From IMG/VR virus record IMGVR_UViG_3300007511_001544, positions 62,001-118,568 of that record: 56,568 bases of DNA; one strand, 5' to 3'. Shown piece after piece: positions 1 through 10,283 of this stretch. Under the pieces are notes generated by a model, which made no database searches, had not been told where the DNA came from, and worked only from the letters and a program-made list of their open reading frames with translations. The first letter of the stretch is position 1, and each line of letters starts with the position of its first letter. Made by a program: the position numbers and the translations under genes. The DNA is from an uncultured virus (IMG/VR IMGVR_UViG_3300007511_001544). Lineage: Duplodnaviria; Heunggongvirae; Uroviricota; Caudoviricetes.

Positions 1-530
1 TTATGAATTAATATTGGCTCTCCTTTTAAAGCCCTTAAAATGGAAGATTTTATAAACCTAGTTTTTGCTTCATGAAACCCAAAGCACCCGAACAACCTAA
101 GATTATAAACATCAAACAATTTATCGCACTCACGGGCGATTATGTTTTTCGACATCCCATAATAATCAGAGGGTGTAAATGAGTAAATTCTGTTTTCTTG
201 GTATTTGTATATATCAGCATTTTTTCCGAAAGCTGCCCCAGAACAGAAGTTGATTAGTTTTCCAAAAGAATGCCTGTTTGCTACCAAATTATTAAACATC
301 GAAATGTTGTCAACAAAGGTTTGGAGAGTATCTGTTTCGTTTCTTCTGCCTCCGATTATGGCAGTGTGTACGACGGCATCAAACCTGTTTTGTTGCAAGA
401 ATATTCTTACAGACTGACTGTCCGTTAAGTTTACTTCTTTTCTTCCGGCACAAGTTATATCAAGATCGTCAAATTTCTCGTATAACTCTTTTGCTAAAAA
501 ACCGTTTCGCCCAGTTATTAGGACCTTCAT
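1..530 (-). CDS. NAD-dependent epimerase/dehydratase (extended SDR), truncated by the window edge
   Basis: Not in the ORF track. Manual translation from ATG 530 gives MKVLITGRNGFLAKEL (Rossmann motif) ... DAVVHTA ... YYGMSK (YxxxK) ... LRLFGCFG. ATGA overlap with the panB stop. Confidence 0.85.
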   Translation of the reverse strand, partial: MKVLITGRNGFLAKELYEKFDDLDITCAGRKEVNLTDSQSVRIFLQQNRFDAVVHTAIIGGRRNETDTLQTFVDNISMFNNLVANRHSFGKLINFCSGAAFGKNADIYKYQENRIYSFTPSDYYGMSKNIIARECDKLFDVYNLRLFGCFGFHEAKTRFIKSSILRALKGEPILIH

Positions 531-1465
531 TTTTTATTATTGAAAATATCTTCTTTAGGGGTTACTGTGTTTGGAGTTGGACTATGGTTAGTTGGAAATC
601 CTTGATCGGTTTCATACTTCCATTTTGCATTAGAAAGAAGTTTCTCAAGCTCCTCATCTTTAATTTCATAGAAGTTTTCTTCTGAGGGAAACACTCCATT
701 GCGAACTTCTTCGGCATATTGTTCCAAAGCCGTTTGAATAATGGCTCCAGCCTCGCAGTATCTCTTAACAAACTTGGACTTAAACTCCCAAAATAACCCA
801 ACCAAGTCGTGCATAATAACAAGCTGACCATCCACCAAATCCCCAGCGCCAATACCATACACCGGGATGCTCAACTCTTTCGCTACTGCTTGTGCTGATT
901 CTCTTGGCATCGCCTCTAACAGAAGGAAGGCACATCCGGCCTCTTGTAGTTCGAGTGCTTGATTAAGAATAATTTCTGTGCTCTCCGCAGTTTTTCCCTG
1001 AACTCTATAGCCACCTAACTTTGCTCTTGTGTGAGGGGTGAGACCTAAGTGACTCTGAACGAGAATTCCGGCATCAGCAATTGCTTTGATACGATCCACC
1101 ATCGCTCCCTCGACTTTGACAGAATCCATGCCAGCCCGAATAAACCGACCAGCATTATGTACTGCTTCGCTGTTTGAAGCTTGATAAGACATGTAAGGCA
1201 TGTCTCCCACCAGAAAAGCACTCTTGGCTCCACGGGCAACTGCTTCGGCGTGCAGAATCATAGCGTCCATTGTAACTGGTATAGTTGTTTTATGACCCAA
1301 GGTGGTCATCCCTAAAGAATCGCCAACAAGTATCCCATCAACTCCCGCCTTGTCAGCGAGTAGTGCCTGTGGATAATCATAGGCGGTCACAAATACAGAT
1401 TTCTTTTCTTGTCTCTTGTGCCTCCTTAGTGTTAAAATAGTTGTCTTTTTTGGGTCGGTTGCCAT
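527..1465 (-). CDS. panB: 3-methyl-2-oxobutanoate hydroxymethyltransferase (PanB family)
   Basis: Motifs TAYD, GILVGDSLGM, GDMPY, VKVEG, HLGLTP, GGYRVQG, GIGAG, DGQ..MHDLVG; short C-terminal extension. Confidence 0.92.
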   Translation of the reverse strand: MATDPKKTTILTLRRHKRQEKKSVFVTAYDYPQALLADKAGVDGILVGDSLGMTTLGHKTTIPVTMDAMILHAEAVARGAKSAFLVGDMPYMSYQASNSEAVHNAGRFIRAGMDSVKVEGAMVDRIKAIADAGILVQSHLGLTPHTRAKLGGYRVQGKTAESTEIILNQALELQEAGCAFLLLEAMPRESAQAVAKELSIPVYGIGAGDLVDGQLVIMHDLVGLFWEFKSKFVKRYCEAGAIIQTALEQYAEEVRNGVFPSEENFYEIKDEELEKLLSNAKWKYETDQGFPTNHSPTPNTVTPKEDIFNNKK

Positions 1466-1468
1466 TTT

Positions 1469-3268
1469 TTATTCCTCATAGTTTATAGGCTCGATAATCA
1501 TGTTATCGTAAAATTCTTCTCTAGTTAAGAGCGGATACATATCTTCGAATGGTCTAGACACGATTCTTCCGTCTTTTGTCTTTGTCGATATAAGCGTTGG
1601 AACAACTTCTTGCCATTTTTGACACATCACCTCACACACAACTGGACCATCATAATTCAGAACCTTTTGTATGCCATCTTCCAACCCCTCAACAGTTTCA
1701 ATCTTAAAATACTTCAGCCCGTAGGCGTCGGTAATTTTTTCTATGTTTGGAAGTGACACTCCAGAATCGCCGTCAACACCTATAAATCTGCCATCAAAAA
1801 ACTTTCTCTGTGTTGTTCTGATAGACAAATATCCGTGATTGTTCCACACGAAAAGTTTTATCGGTAGGTTATAATGTTTTATTGTCTGAAGTTCTTGGAT
1901 GTTTGTTTGGAAAGATCCATCGCCTGTAATTCCTATAACCTCTTTATCTCCCCTTGCAACACTAACCCCAATGGCGGCGGGGATCGTAAACCCCATGTCT
2001 GCTTGTGCTCCAGACGTTACATATCTTTGTTCTTTTTTAATATCCAGAAATTGAGAAGGAACATAGTATGCGGATCCTGCATCAGATACAACAACCGAGT
2101 CATCTTTATTCTGCCTTGAGAGATGATCCATAAAATAATATAGATCTATTCCTTCTTTGTCTTTGCTCCATTCCGGATTACATACTCTCCAGTTTTTCTT
2201 CCACCTCAAACATGTGTCTGACCATTCTTTGGTAACCTTTTTATTAAACTTTATAATTTCTAAAAAGTTCTTAGCATCGGAGCCAATCAGTTTATCTATT
2301 TTGATTGTGTTTTTCCGGTGTTCTTCTCTGTCAATATCTACAACTACGATCTTTGCCTCTCTAGCGAAGGTCTCATAATTATACCCAGTCACAGGAACAC
2401 CTAAGCGAGTACCGATAGTTATCAAAAGATCCGAGTTTTGCATTGCGAAATTTGCTGCACGATTCCCTTTGATTCCAACCCTCCCGATCATCAAGGGGTG
2501 ATCACTCTCTAGTAGATCAACGCCAAGAAAAGTAGCTACCGTGGGTATATTATATTTTTCAACAAATGTTTTGAGTTGTTCCGTGGCATCAGCTAGGCGA
2601 ACACCGTTCCCAACTAAAACCACTGGGCGTTCGGCTTTATCAAACATCTCAGATAAGGATTCGCACTCGCTTGGGGTTATTTTTTTCTTTATGTGGTTAT
2701 TTCTCCTAATGGGATAAGAAAGACAATCATCAACGTCAATAAAAGCCCCCTGTACATCCAATGGGATATCTAGCCAAACTGGTCCGGGGCGTCCTTCACT
2801 GGCGATATGAATTGCTTTTTCTACCTCAAACTTTACCCTGTTTGGGTCTGTTATCATAATTGCATATTTACATATCGGTCTTACTACATCAACGATATTA
2901 GCCTCTTGGACACCTAGTTGTCTTAGTGGTACGTTTATATTATGAGTAGTTTGTGATTTATTTACTTGTCCCGATATAAACAAGCATTTGACATTATCTT
3001 GCCACGCTTCCAATAATCCAGTCAGAGCGTTAGTGCTGCCACAACCAGTGGTCACTATTGATACACCAAAATTGTTAGTGTATTTTCCATAGCCTACCGC
3101 ACCCATGGCGCAAGCCTGTTCGTGGTGATTACAAATAGCTCTTAGATTTGGGTGTTTTGCAATACAATCATTGAGGAACATTGCACCGCCGCCGGTAAGA
3201 GTAAAAACATCCCTTACACCAAGTTCATCAATTTTGTTAGCAATATAGTCAACAACTCTTACTTTCAC
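1469..3268 (-). CDS. Thiamine diphosphate-dependent enzyme, acetolactate synthase-like (sugar-cluster/YerE type)
   Basis: TGGGAM, HHEQA, GRPGPVWLDIP, and the ThDP motif GDGSFQ...NN. Likely GTG start at 3268 overlapping the upstream stop (GTGA). Confidence 0.88.
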   Translation of the reverse strand: MKVRVVDYIANKIDELGVRDVFTLTGGGAMFLNDCIAKHPNLRAICNHHEQACAMGAVGYGKYTNNFGVSIVTTGCGSTNALTGLLEAWQDNVKCLFISGQVNKSQTTHNINVPLRQLGVQEANIVDVVRPICKYAIMITDPNRVKFEVEKAIHIASEGRPGPVWLDIPLDVQGAFIDVDDCLSYPIRRNNHIKKKITPSECESLSEMFDKAERPVVLVGNGVRLADATEQLKTFVEKYNIPTVATFLGVDLLESDHPLMIGRVGIKGNRAANFAMQNSDLLITIGTRLGVPVTGYNYETFAREAKIVVVDIDREEHRKNTIKIDKLIGSDAKNFLEIIKFNKKVTKEWSDTCLRWKKNWRVCNPEWSKDKEGIDLYYFMDHLSRQNKDDSVVVSDAGSAYYVPSQFLDIKKEQRYVTSGAQADMGFTIPAAIGVSVARGDKEVIGITGDGSFQTNIQELQTIKHYNLPIKLFVWNNHGYLSIRTTQRKFFDGRFIGVDGDSGVSLPNIEKITDAYGLKYFKIETVEGLEDGIQKVLNYDGPVVCEVMCQKWQEVVPTLISTKTKDGRIVSRPFEDMYPLLTREEFYDNMIIEPINYEE

Positions 3269-3999
3269 ATTCCCCACTTTTCTCTCCATTGATTCTGGAG
3301 CATAAAGTCGTAATTTAGAGGTTGTTTTTGCATCCCCCATGTTGCCTGGTCTTGGTGCCAGCGATAATAATACCCAAGCCACTCCCCGACAGGATGGATA
3401 TAAACGTCATTATCAGCCAAATTAAAATAAAGATCATAATCGGCAGCCCCAAGATATTCGCTAGCCAGCCATCTTACAATTCCTTTTCCGTGAAGCTCTG
3501 TTTTATAAACTACGGACGGAGTTGTTACTGGACATCTTTGCAGCAGGAGTTCTTTAAATTCCTCTATACTTGAATAAATGTGAGAAACATCTTGGTCGAT
3601 CAAATTTGACTTATCGTCTATGCCTTTAATTCCGCTTTGTAAAACCAAAATGGTTTCTTCGGATTCTAAAATCTTTTTCATGAAATTTGATACATAATCT
3701 TCCGAAATATAGTCGTCTGATCCTAGAATTGTAAAATATTCACCAGTAGCCAGAGACAAAGCTGCCTCAACTGGTTCTTCCCAGGAAAATGGGTATAAAT
3801 TTGGGGCAGTATCAATTAGGAGTTCTGGGAACTCTTCTTGTATTTTTTCGGCGATTTCCAAGCTGTCATCACCGCTGTCATTATCTACAAAAATAACCTC
3901 AAAATTATCATAAGTTTGAGATAAGGCAGACCTCAAACACTTTTCGATATACTTTTCCGAATTATAACAAGGTATTATAATTGTAACTTTTGGATTCAT
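3265..3999 (-). CDS. Glycosyltransferase family 2
   Basis: VTIIIPCYN, VDNDS.D, GSDD; ATG 3999 in an ATGA overlap. Confidence 0.9.
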   Translation of the reverse strand: MNPKVTIIIPCYNSEKYIEKCLRSALSQTYDNFEVIFVDNDSGDDSLEIAEKIQEEFPELLIDTAPNLYPFSWEEPVEAALSLATGEYFTILGSDDYISEDYVSNFMKKILESEETILVLQSGIKGIDDKSNLIDQDVSHIYSSIEEFKELLLQRCPVTTPSVVYKTELHGKGIVRWLASEYLGAADYDLYFNLADNDVYIHPVGEWLGYYYRWHQDQATWGMQKQPLNYDFMLQNQWREKWGM

Positions 4000-4841
4000 A
4001 ATAATTTCTCCAAAACCAAATCTGGTATTGTTTCTCTTTTCTGCTTCATCAAGCTTATAAGCTCTTCTCCTTTTAATTTGAACCACTCTTCACTTGTGGC
4101 ACCAAGCTTCTTACTTGTTAAAACAGTCATGCCGGCCATTCTGCACTCAACAACGACACGGCACAAGGTCTCCAGTGTTTCAGGTAAAAATATGAAGTAT
4201 TTATTATCTGTCAATCGATTTAAAAATTCCCTATAAGGTAGTTCTCCAACAAGATCATATTCTAATTTATTTCTGTGACAATAAGCTTTAGCTAGCGAAG
4301 TATTTTTTATAGGATTGTGCGAGTCCCATATCGAATATCTTTCCTTTTTCTCCTTGTGGAATAAAGATGATAACATATCTAAAATTTCGAGGCTCCAGAG
4401 GTTTCCCCCAAGCGAATGTACATTTCCTGTTTTTATGTTTTTTTCTACAACCTCAGCATGTAAACTACTTTGACAAAAAACGGCTCTTGCATTTTTATAG
4501 AAATCAAGATTTACAATATTTTCATCCGGCGCTAGATAATTTTCGAAAACAGATGGATCTCTAGTTGTCAAATATTTGTGATCATGTTCATAAATCACAT
4601 AATCATGCTTCTCCTGAAGGTGTTGCTTTACTTCTTCCGGCAGTTTTATGAAATTGGAGACGATAAATTTTGCGTCATTCTGCCAATGTTGTAAAAATTC
4701 TAAATTGACATTTTCGCTTTTAACAGTCAGAACCTCATGTCCTTTTTCTCTCAATATCCCAATGAGTTCTTGGTTATTAAGTTCTCCACCGCCGAGCCAC
4801 TCTTCTGCAAATATATCGGCAATGAATAATATCTTACTCAT
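3996..4841 (-). CDS. Putative GT-B fold glycosyltransferase
   Basis: N-terminal GGGE; C-terminal ETLCRVVVECRMAG resembling the GT4 E-x7-E motif; lies in the GT cluster. Confidence 0.65.
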   Translation of the reverse strand: MSKILFIADIFAEEWLGGGELNNQELIGILREKGHEVLTVKSENVNLEFLQHWQNDAKFIVSNFIKLPEEVKQHLQEKHDYVIYEHDHKYLTTRDPSVFENYLAPDENIVNLDFYKNARAVFCQSSLHAEVVEKNIKTGNVHSLGGNLWSLEILDMLSSLFHKEKKERYSIWDSHNPIKNTSLAKAYCHRNKLEYDLVGELPYREFLNRLTDNKYFIFLPETLETLCRVVVECRMAGMTVLTSKKLGATSEEWFKLKGEELISLMKQKRETIPDLVLEKLL

Positions 4842-6111
4842 GCACTTGTATTTCAGATGCTAGACCATCTAGAAAATCTTCTAACTCAGCAACATCTTCA
4901 GGGTATACATCTAATACTTCTTCTACAACTTTTTCGAACATTTTCGTTTGATCAAGTCTCTTCTCTAAGGATTTTTGAAGCTTTCCTGCTACAATCTTTC
5001 TGCTCTTGTAGGCTTCTATGGTTCCTCTTAGGGCTTTTTTATAAGCCGCCTCATCTGAATAGCACCACTGTGAATCTGCTTCTACAACATTTTCCCAGAC
5101 AGCTTCTTGTGGGACCTTATCTAATTTATACTTTACTTTTGTAAACATTGGTGTCCTTTTTAGTCTACCTGATTTTTTATTTTTAATGTTGTCGTAAAGG
5201 AAGTCAACTTGTCCAGACCAGGCGGGAGCTATGACGGGCAAACCACTACAAGCAGCCTCAAAAATAGGAAGACCGAATCCTTCCCCGTGGGTTATTGTTG
5301 CATACGCATGAATATTTGGATGCTTATATAGAGAATTCATCTCTTCCTCAGTCATATTTCCGTGAAGAAGAAAAACTCTACATTTTCTGTGTGGAACTCC
5401 GTGAACTGCTTGACTAAGCAACATCTTCACTTTATTGCGGTCTAAAACGCTGTTATTCATGTGGTGGGCTTTTACAACCAATCCGACATCTTCTTCATTT
5501 TTAAATTCCTCAACAAACCAACGAATAGTATTCATAAGGTTTTTACGAGGTCCAATCTGAGCACAGGTTAAAAAATTAAACTTTGTATCCAGCTTTATTT
5601 TCTTGTGGCTGGATTTATCTGCTTTAATATCTCTAAATGGATAAGAAATCACAGAAACTGGTTTTGTAAGTTTTATAATATGCTCTTTTCCATCTTCAGT
5701 CTTAACTGTGTGAGACGGGTTTTTTAAGGTATTTTTGGCGTGCTCAGAGGTAACAAAAATCTTATCCATGAAATTACTGCTGTGAATCCACTGAGCCGAA
5801 GCATAAGTTGTTTCAATAGCAGCCGTGACTCCAATATTCTTTTCTGCTAAATTCTCCCACTCATTTGGGATTAATACCTGAAGCGACAAATCAAATTTGC
5901 CTTGGAACTGCTGCAACTTGTTTACACAAGTTTCGAAATTTTTGGTTTCCTCAGAGGAATCAAGATTCCAGCTTGACTGCCCCCAATTAGTCGGATGTAC
6001 AAAAATATCAAAAAGATCCGGACGACTATTTAGTGCCCTAAACATATATCTTGTATGCTCGCCATAACCGCTTCTACTAAAAATTGGTCCTTTTATTAAG
6101 ACTTTTATCAT
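4834..6111 (-). CDS. Glycosyltransferase family 4-like
   Basis: SGYG, RKN, GEGFGLPIFEAACSGLPVIA. Confidence 0.88.
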   Translation of the reverse strand: MIKVLIKGPIFSRSGYGEHTRYMFRALNSRPDLFDIFVHPTNWGQSSWNLDSSEETKNFETCVNKLQQFQGKFDLSLQVLIPNEWENLAEKNIGVTAAIETTYASAQWIHSSNFMDKIFVTSEHAKNTLKNPSHTVKTEDGKEHIIKLTKPVSVISYPFRDIKADKSSHKKIKLDTKFNFLTCAQIGPRKNLMNTIRWFVEEFKNEEDVGLVVKAHHMNNSVLDRNKVKMLLSQAVHGVPHRKCRVFLLHGNMTEEEMNSLYKHPNIHAYATITHGEGFGLPIFEAACSGLPVIAPAWSGQVDFLYDNIKNKKSGRLKRTPMFTKVKYKLDKVPQEAVWENVVEADSQWCYSDEAAYKKALRGTIEAYKSRKIVAGKLQKSLEKRLDQTKMFEKVVEEVLDVYPEDVAELEDFLDGLASEIQVHE

Positions 6112-7376
6112 AATTCAATAAACTCCCAGGCTTCGTGATTCTTTCTTGTTTCCCAAGATCCGCTCTCTTCATGAACTCTTAACATGAAATCGATCCACTG
6201 TTTATTAAAAGTCTCAAAATTATAGTTCTTTTTAACGTGTTCCATGCCCATTCGCCCCATCTCTTGCCTCTCTTCTTCTGTCGCATAATATATCTTTTTA
6301 AGAGCATCAACGAAAACTTCCTCGTTTATTCTATCTTCATAGATATATGGGACTTGCTGTGAACCAATAACGGCTCGGGAAGTAGGTTCAATTCCAACCC
6401 CAAAGAAGTTCTCTCCGTCGGTCACCTGCTCTTGGAGTCCTCCAGTCATTGTCGCAACAACAGGGGTTCCACAAGACAAAGATTCCAACGTGGACAGCCC
6501 AAAACCTTCTGCATCCGAAATATTTATCGTGCAATCTACAAGATTATAGAAAATTGCCAGTTGTTGAGGTTGCACTTTTTCTTTCGAGAAATGTATCTGA
6601 CCTTTCATTAGTCCAAGTTCGTGGGCTAAAAACTCTAAAGGTTGTCCATGTGGGTCGCTTGGGTCGGTATGTAATATCAGTGTTGCTTTATCGTGTCCCA
6701 CCTCATCACAGAAGGACTTCCACCACCAAACTAAAGAACCACTCATTTTTCTTCTAGCGTTTCTGTTGTTCCAAAAGCAGACAAACTTATTTTCCAAATT
6801 ATTGTCTTTTCTTATTTGCCTCAACATTGCCATTTCTTCTGGCAATGTGTGTTTCCGAAATACCACTGAATTTACAGCATGTGGGATATATTCCTCTGGA
6901 ACATCTGGTGCAACTTCTTTTACTATGTTGCTTGTAACTTTTGAAATGGTTGCAATATAATCATTTGATCTATAAAATGGAGCATTAAACCTAGGGCTTG
7001 GACCATTATCCCAAACATGATAATAAACCATTGGTACTGCTAATCTTATTTCGTCCTCAAACTGCCAAAGCCATTCATAAAATCTTGGGTCTGTCATAAA
7101 ATAAAGAATATCTGGCTTATATTGAGCTATCATGCTTCTTACAATTTCTTGGTTTCCATATCCATCGACTGGGTAAATGAGCCAATCATCGAGCCACTCC
7201 TCTGTTCTAGTTACATTATAATCAGGATGCTTTATCGCCCCACCTAAAGATATTATCTGAAATTTTCCGGTATTTAAAAGGGCTTGAATAACATATTTTG
7301 TTTGAGTTCCAACACCCGAGGGTAATAGTGGGTGATCACTAATTGTTAAAACTTTTATCTTCTTTTTTTCTGTCAA
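6108..7376 (-). CDS. Glycosyltransferase family 4-like
   Basis: SGVG, RRK, EGFGLSTLESLSCGTPVVAT..GG; TTG start after a GAGGA RBS. Confidence 0.88.
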   Translation of the reverse strand: MTEKKKIKVLTISDHPLLPSGVGTQTKYVIQALLNTGKFQIISLGGAIKHPDYNVTRTEEWLDDWLIYPVDGYGNQEIVRSMIAQYKPDILYFMTDPRFYEWLWQFEDEIRLAVPMVYYHVWDNGPSPRFNAPFYRSNDYIATISKVTSNIVKEVAPDVPEEYIPHAVNSVVFRKHTLPEEMAMLRQIRKDNNLENKFVCFWNNRNARRKMSGSLVWWWKSFCDEVGHDKATLILHTDPSDPHGQPLEFLAHELGLMKGQIHFSKEKVQPQQLAIFYNLVDCTINISDAEGFGLSTLESLSCGTPVVATMTGGLQEQVTDGENFFGVGIEPTSRAVIGSQQVPYIYEDRINEEVFVDALKKIYYATEEERQEMGRMGMEHVKKNYNFETFNKQWIDFMLRVHEESGSWETRKNHEAWEFIEL

Positions 7377-7388
7377 AGAAATTTCCTC

Positions 7389-8228
7389 CTAAGAACAATA
7401 TTCCGTCTGGTAAAACTCGCAAGTTCCAAAGCGGTCTTTACAGTTCGTACAAGCAGCACGGTTTTTGATATAATTCTCTTTGTTAATATTATGCAACGCT
7501 TTCGTCAAGGCGTTAAGTGCATCAGTTGTTCTTTTTTTAGCTGCCGTCACCCGCACGAACTCCGCTTTCTTCCCAGCCTTGGCTGTTCGCTTTAATAGAA
7601 CGAAGTGGCAGTCAACGTCTTTCGGGTCAACTTCGTACTTCTGGGCATAGAAATGCTTGTAGAATACGAGTTGGTAGGCGAGGATTTTGTCGCTCTTCTT
7701 TTCACGTCGCCAACCCCAGGAGCAGGTCTTCCAGTCAATCAAGTGGATTTTCTCATCCTTCTTGGAATAGACTACGAGGTCAATAAAGCCTTTAAACTTT
7801 TTTTCTGCTTCCGTGAATTCTGTGATGGGCTCGTAGAGTTGCTCTTCGGCTGCCAGCACTTCCCAGTCCTCACCCAGTTTACCGAACTTGTCGGCAAGGC
7901 AGCGATAAAGGTCAGGGATGATTTGAACGCCATTTAGCAGCCACTCTTTGAGGGCGAAATCCCTTTTGGCTTCTAATTGGGCATCATCGGGCAGGGCGTT
8001 GAGTTCGGCGATGAATTGCTCTTTAACTAACTCCTCAATAGCGCCCGCTTCCCTGTACTTTTCGGGGGAAGTCAAAGTAAATTCACAAACAGTGTGAATG
8101 GCTTTACCAAAGGCTGTAAAAATGTTGCCCTGGAACTGAGTTACTTTATCAATGTAGGTGAGTTTGTGGTAGTGAGGGCAAATATGCCAGTTCTTCCACT
8201 CCGAGTAGGAAATATGTTTGCCAGCCAA
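7389..8228 (-). CDS. PD-(D/E)XK nuclease (RecB/AddB/Cas4-like, Cys-containing)
   Basis: ISYS..CP, GKAIH, E, GFIDLV, IDWKT, QLVFY, terminal Cys cluster. Confidence 0.85.
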   Translation of the reverse strand: MAGKHISYSEWKNWHICPHYHKLTYIDKVTQFQGNIFTAFGKAIHTVCEFTLTSPEKYREAGAIEELVKEQFIAELNALPDDAQLEAKRDFALKEWLLNGVQIIPDLYRCLADKFGKLGEDWEVLAAEEQLYEPITEFTEAEKKFKGFIDLVVYSKKDEKIHLIDWKTCSWGWRREKKSDKILAYQLVFYKHFYAQKYEVDPKDVDCHFVLLKRTAKAGKKAEFVRVTAAKKRTTDALNALTKALHNINKENYIKNRAACTNCKDRFGTCEFYQTEYCS

Positions 8229-8241
8229 TGTAACCTGCTTT

Positions 8242-8907
8242 CTATCTTGTTATTTTATCTAGTTCAGATATTTTATTATACAATTCGGGACTGATCTGGA
8301 ATAGTTCATCTCGTTTACCTAAGTAGTATGCCTCAAATCCAGTCGCAAAATATTCTCTTAGTGATACGGCAGCATACGGACGAATAAATAAACCAGTCGT
8401 AACCATGTGGAGCATCCTTTTTCCAACTCTTTTGTATAAAAAATCATCAAAAGATTCTTTAAATTTAAGTTCTCTAAAATCATACTCCTGAGTCCAGTAC
8501 CCTTCGGATCTCAGTTCGAATTTCATTTGTTCTCTCTTTTTAATAAATTCACGAATTACTAAACGATCCCCATATATTTCCTCAGCAGCCTTTGTCTCAA
8601 GGTGGTGGGCAATCTCGTGTATTATATCATCCAACAAATCTTTCATATTATCTTGTTCGTTAGAAATAAACAAGGTCTGGTCTTTATATAAGGCATTTAC
8701 CTGGCGGCGGTCAAATTCTTTGTAAGAACCCACACGCACAGCCCTGAGATCTTGATAATAAACTGAAGGTAATTTTTGTTCTACTGTTTTTAATACCCTT
8801 TCTATGGATATATCATCAGGAAGAGGCTCATCGATGTGTACATCGATCCCGCCGAATTTAAAGTGATGAGTCATATTGGAGGTTTTTTCGAAAATGTATT
8901 CTCTCAT
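8242..8907 (-). CDS. Putative zincin metallopeptidase
   Basis: HEIAH (HExxH) plus a downstream YA..SLREYFA glutamate motif. Confidence 0.6.
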   Translation of the reverse strand: MREYIFEKTSNMTHHFKFGGIDVHIDEPLPDDISIERVLKTVEQKLPSVYYQDLRAVRVGSYKEFDRRQVNALYKDQTLFISNEQDNMKDLLDDIIHEIAHHLETKAAEEIYGDRLVIREFIKKREQMKFELRSEGYWTQEYDFRELKFKESFDDFLYKRVGKRMLHMVTTGLFIRPYAAVSLREYFATGFEAYYLGKRDELFQISPELYNKISELDKITR

Positions 8908-10211
8908 AAAATCTCCGATGCCAATGTTGCCAATTTAGATCTCTCTCCCTTAATAAGGGTTATGTGACCAGAAATGTCATATTGTTTAAATTTCTCAACT
9001 GCATATGTCAATCCATTGGATACTGCGTCAACGTAAGAATTGTCTATCTGCTGAATATCGCCTGTAAGCACTAATTTAGTTCCATGTCCGACCCTGGTTA
9101 TTATAGTCTTTAATTCATGCGGTGTTAAATTCTGAGCCTCGTCAACGATCATGAAAGCGTTGGAGATGGAACGACCTCGAATATAGGTCATTGCTTCAAT
9201 TTCGACGGTTCCTTGATCCATGTGCAGATCAAGCGCAGTTCTGTCCCCAAATAAATGCTCAAGATTATCCCTGATGGGGGCAACCCATGGCATCATTTTC
9301 TCTTCCAGGGTCCCTGGTAAAAAACCGATATCTCTACCCATTGGCTGTACAGGTCTAGTAATTATTAACTTGTCGTAACCTCCCGAAGATCTTGTACTGT
9401 TCAAGACTTGTTCTAGACCACAAGCAGCAGCTATGAGTGTTTTGCCAGTTCCTGCTTGTCCTGTCAGCGAAACTATAGAAACCGACGGATCAAATAAGAG
9501 ATCCATAGCAAACTGCTGCTCTTTATTGTTAGCTGAAAGTCCCCATATATCTTGGTAAGAATATACTTTTCTCAAGGGTTTTTCATAATTTAAAAAGCGA
9601 CACAGGGCTGATTTTTTGGTATCTTTTTCTGATCTTAAAATCAAATATTGATTTGGAAACAGTTTGATATTTTGTTCTTCTAAAAGAATCTCTTTATCTT
9701 CGTAAAAATCGTCAATAACCTCTCCTTCAACTAGAACCTCTTCACATCCGTCAAATAGCTTCTCTACAGATTTAATCACCTTTTGTGGTTGATAATCATG
9801 ACATTCTAAACCAAAAGCATCACATTTTACTCTCATATTCAGATCACGGGAGACGATTGCTATTTCTTTGCCTTCCATTTTGAGACGAATCGCTATGGCA
9901 ATTATTTTATTGTCTGAATCTTGGGTGGACATTCCTGCCGGCATATAGCGGGGATCATATTGTGCCGCATATAATTTCCCTTTCCCTCTTCCTAGAGAAA
10001 CTCCCTCAAATAAACTACCTTTTCTCCGCAGATTATCTAAAACACGGTTCATCATTCTAGCATTAAATCCCGCCGTATCTTGCCTTTGTTTGTGTTTATC
10101 TATTTCATCCAATATAATTGTTGGGATTGCAATATCACTTTTTCCGAATGCAAATAACGAGCTTACCTCTGTGAGATAAACGTTTGTGTCTAAAATCAAT
10201 GTCTTTGTCAT
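8904..10211 (-). CDS. phoH: PIN domain-PhoH ATPase fusion (PhoH2/YlaK type)
   Basis: PIN motifs LDTNV, DEID, DNKI, SRD; Walker A GQAGTGKT, RGRS, DEAQN, GDIQQID. Real start ATG 10211 with an AGGA RBS; the ORF-track extension runs through the tmRNA. Confidence 0.92.
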   Translation of the reverse strand: MTKTLILDTNVYLTEVSSLFAFGKSDIAIPTIILDEIDKHKQRQDTAGFNARMMNRVLDNLRRKGSLFEGVSLGRGKGKLYAAQYDPRYMPAGMSTQDSDNKIIAIAIRLKMEGKEIAIVSRDLNMRVKCDAFGLECHDYQPQKVIKSVEKLFDGCEEVLVEGEVIDDFYEDKEILLEEQNIKLFPNQYLILRSEKDTKKSALCRFLNYEKPLRKVYSYQDIWGLSANNKEQQFAMDLLFDPSVSIVSLTGQAGTGKTLIAAACGLEQVLNSTRSSGGYDKLIITRPVQPMGRDIGFLPGTLEEKMMPWVAPIRDNLEHLFGDRTALDLHMDQGTVEIEAMTYIRGRSISNAFMIVDEAQNLTPHELKTIITRVGHGTKLVLTGDIQQIDNSYVDAVSNGLTYAVEKFKQYDISGHITLIKGERSKLATLASEIL

Positions 10212-10257
10212 ATTTTTTCCTTTCAGGAACACTTCTAAAGTAAATAGCTGAGAGAGA

Positions 10258-10283
10258 AAGAAAAAAGCCGCCCGAAGGCGGCT
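10258..10283 (-). terminator. Rho-independent terminator after the tmRNA
   Basis: Minus strand AGCCGCC-TTCG-GGCGGCT followed by TTTTT. Confidence 0.85.

Noticed and set aside
7389..8228. Cas4-like nuclease as evidence of a CRISPR-Cas system
   Set aside because: No repeat-spacer array or other cas gene is in the window; solo PD-(D/E)XK nucleases are common in phages.
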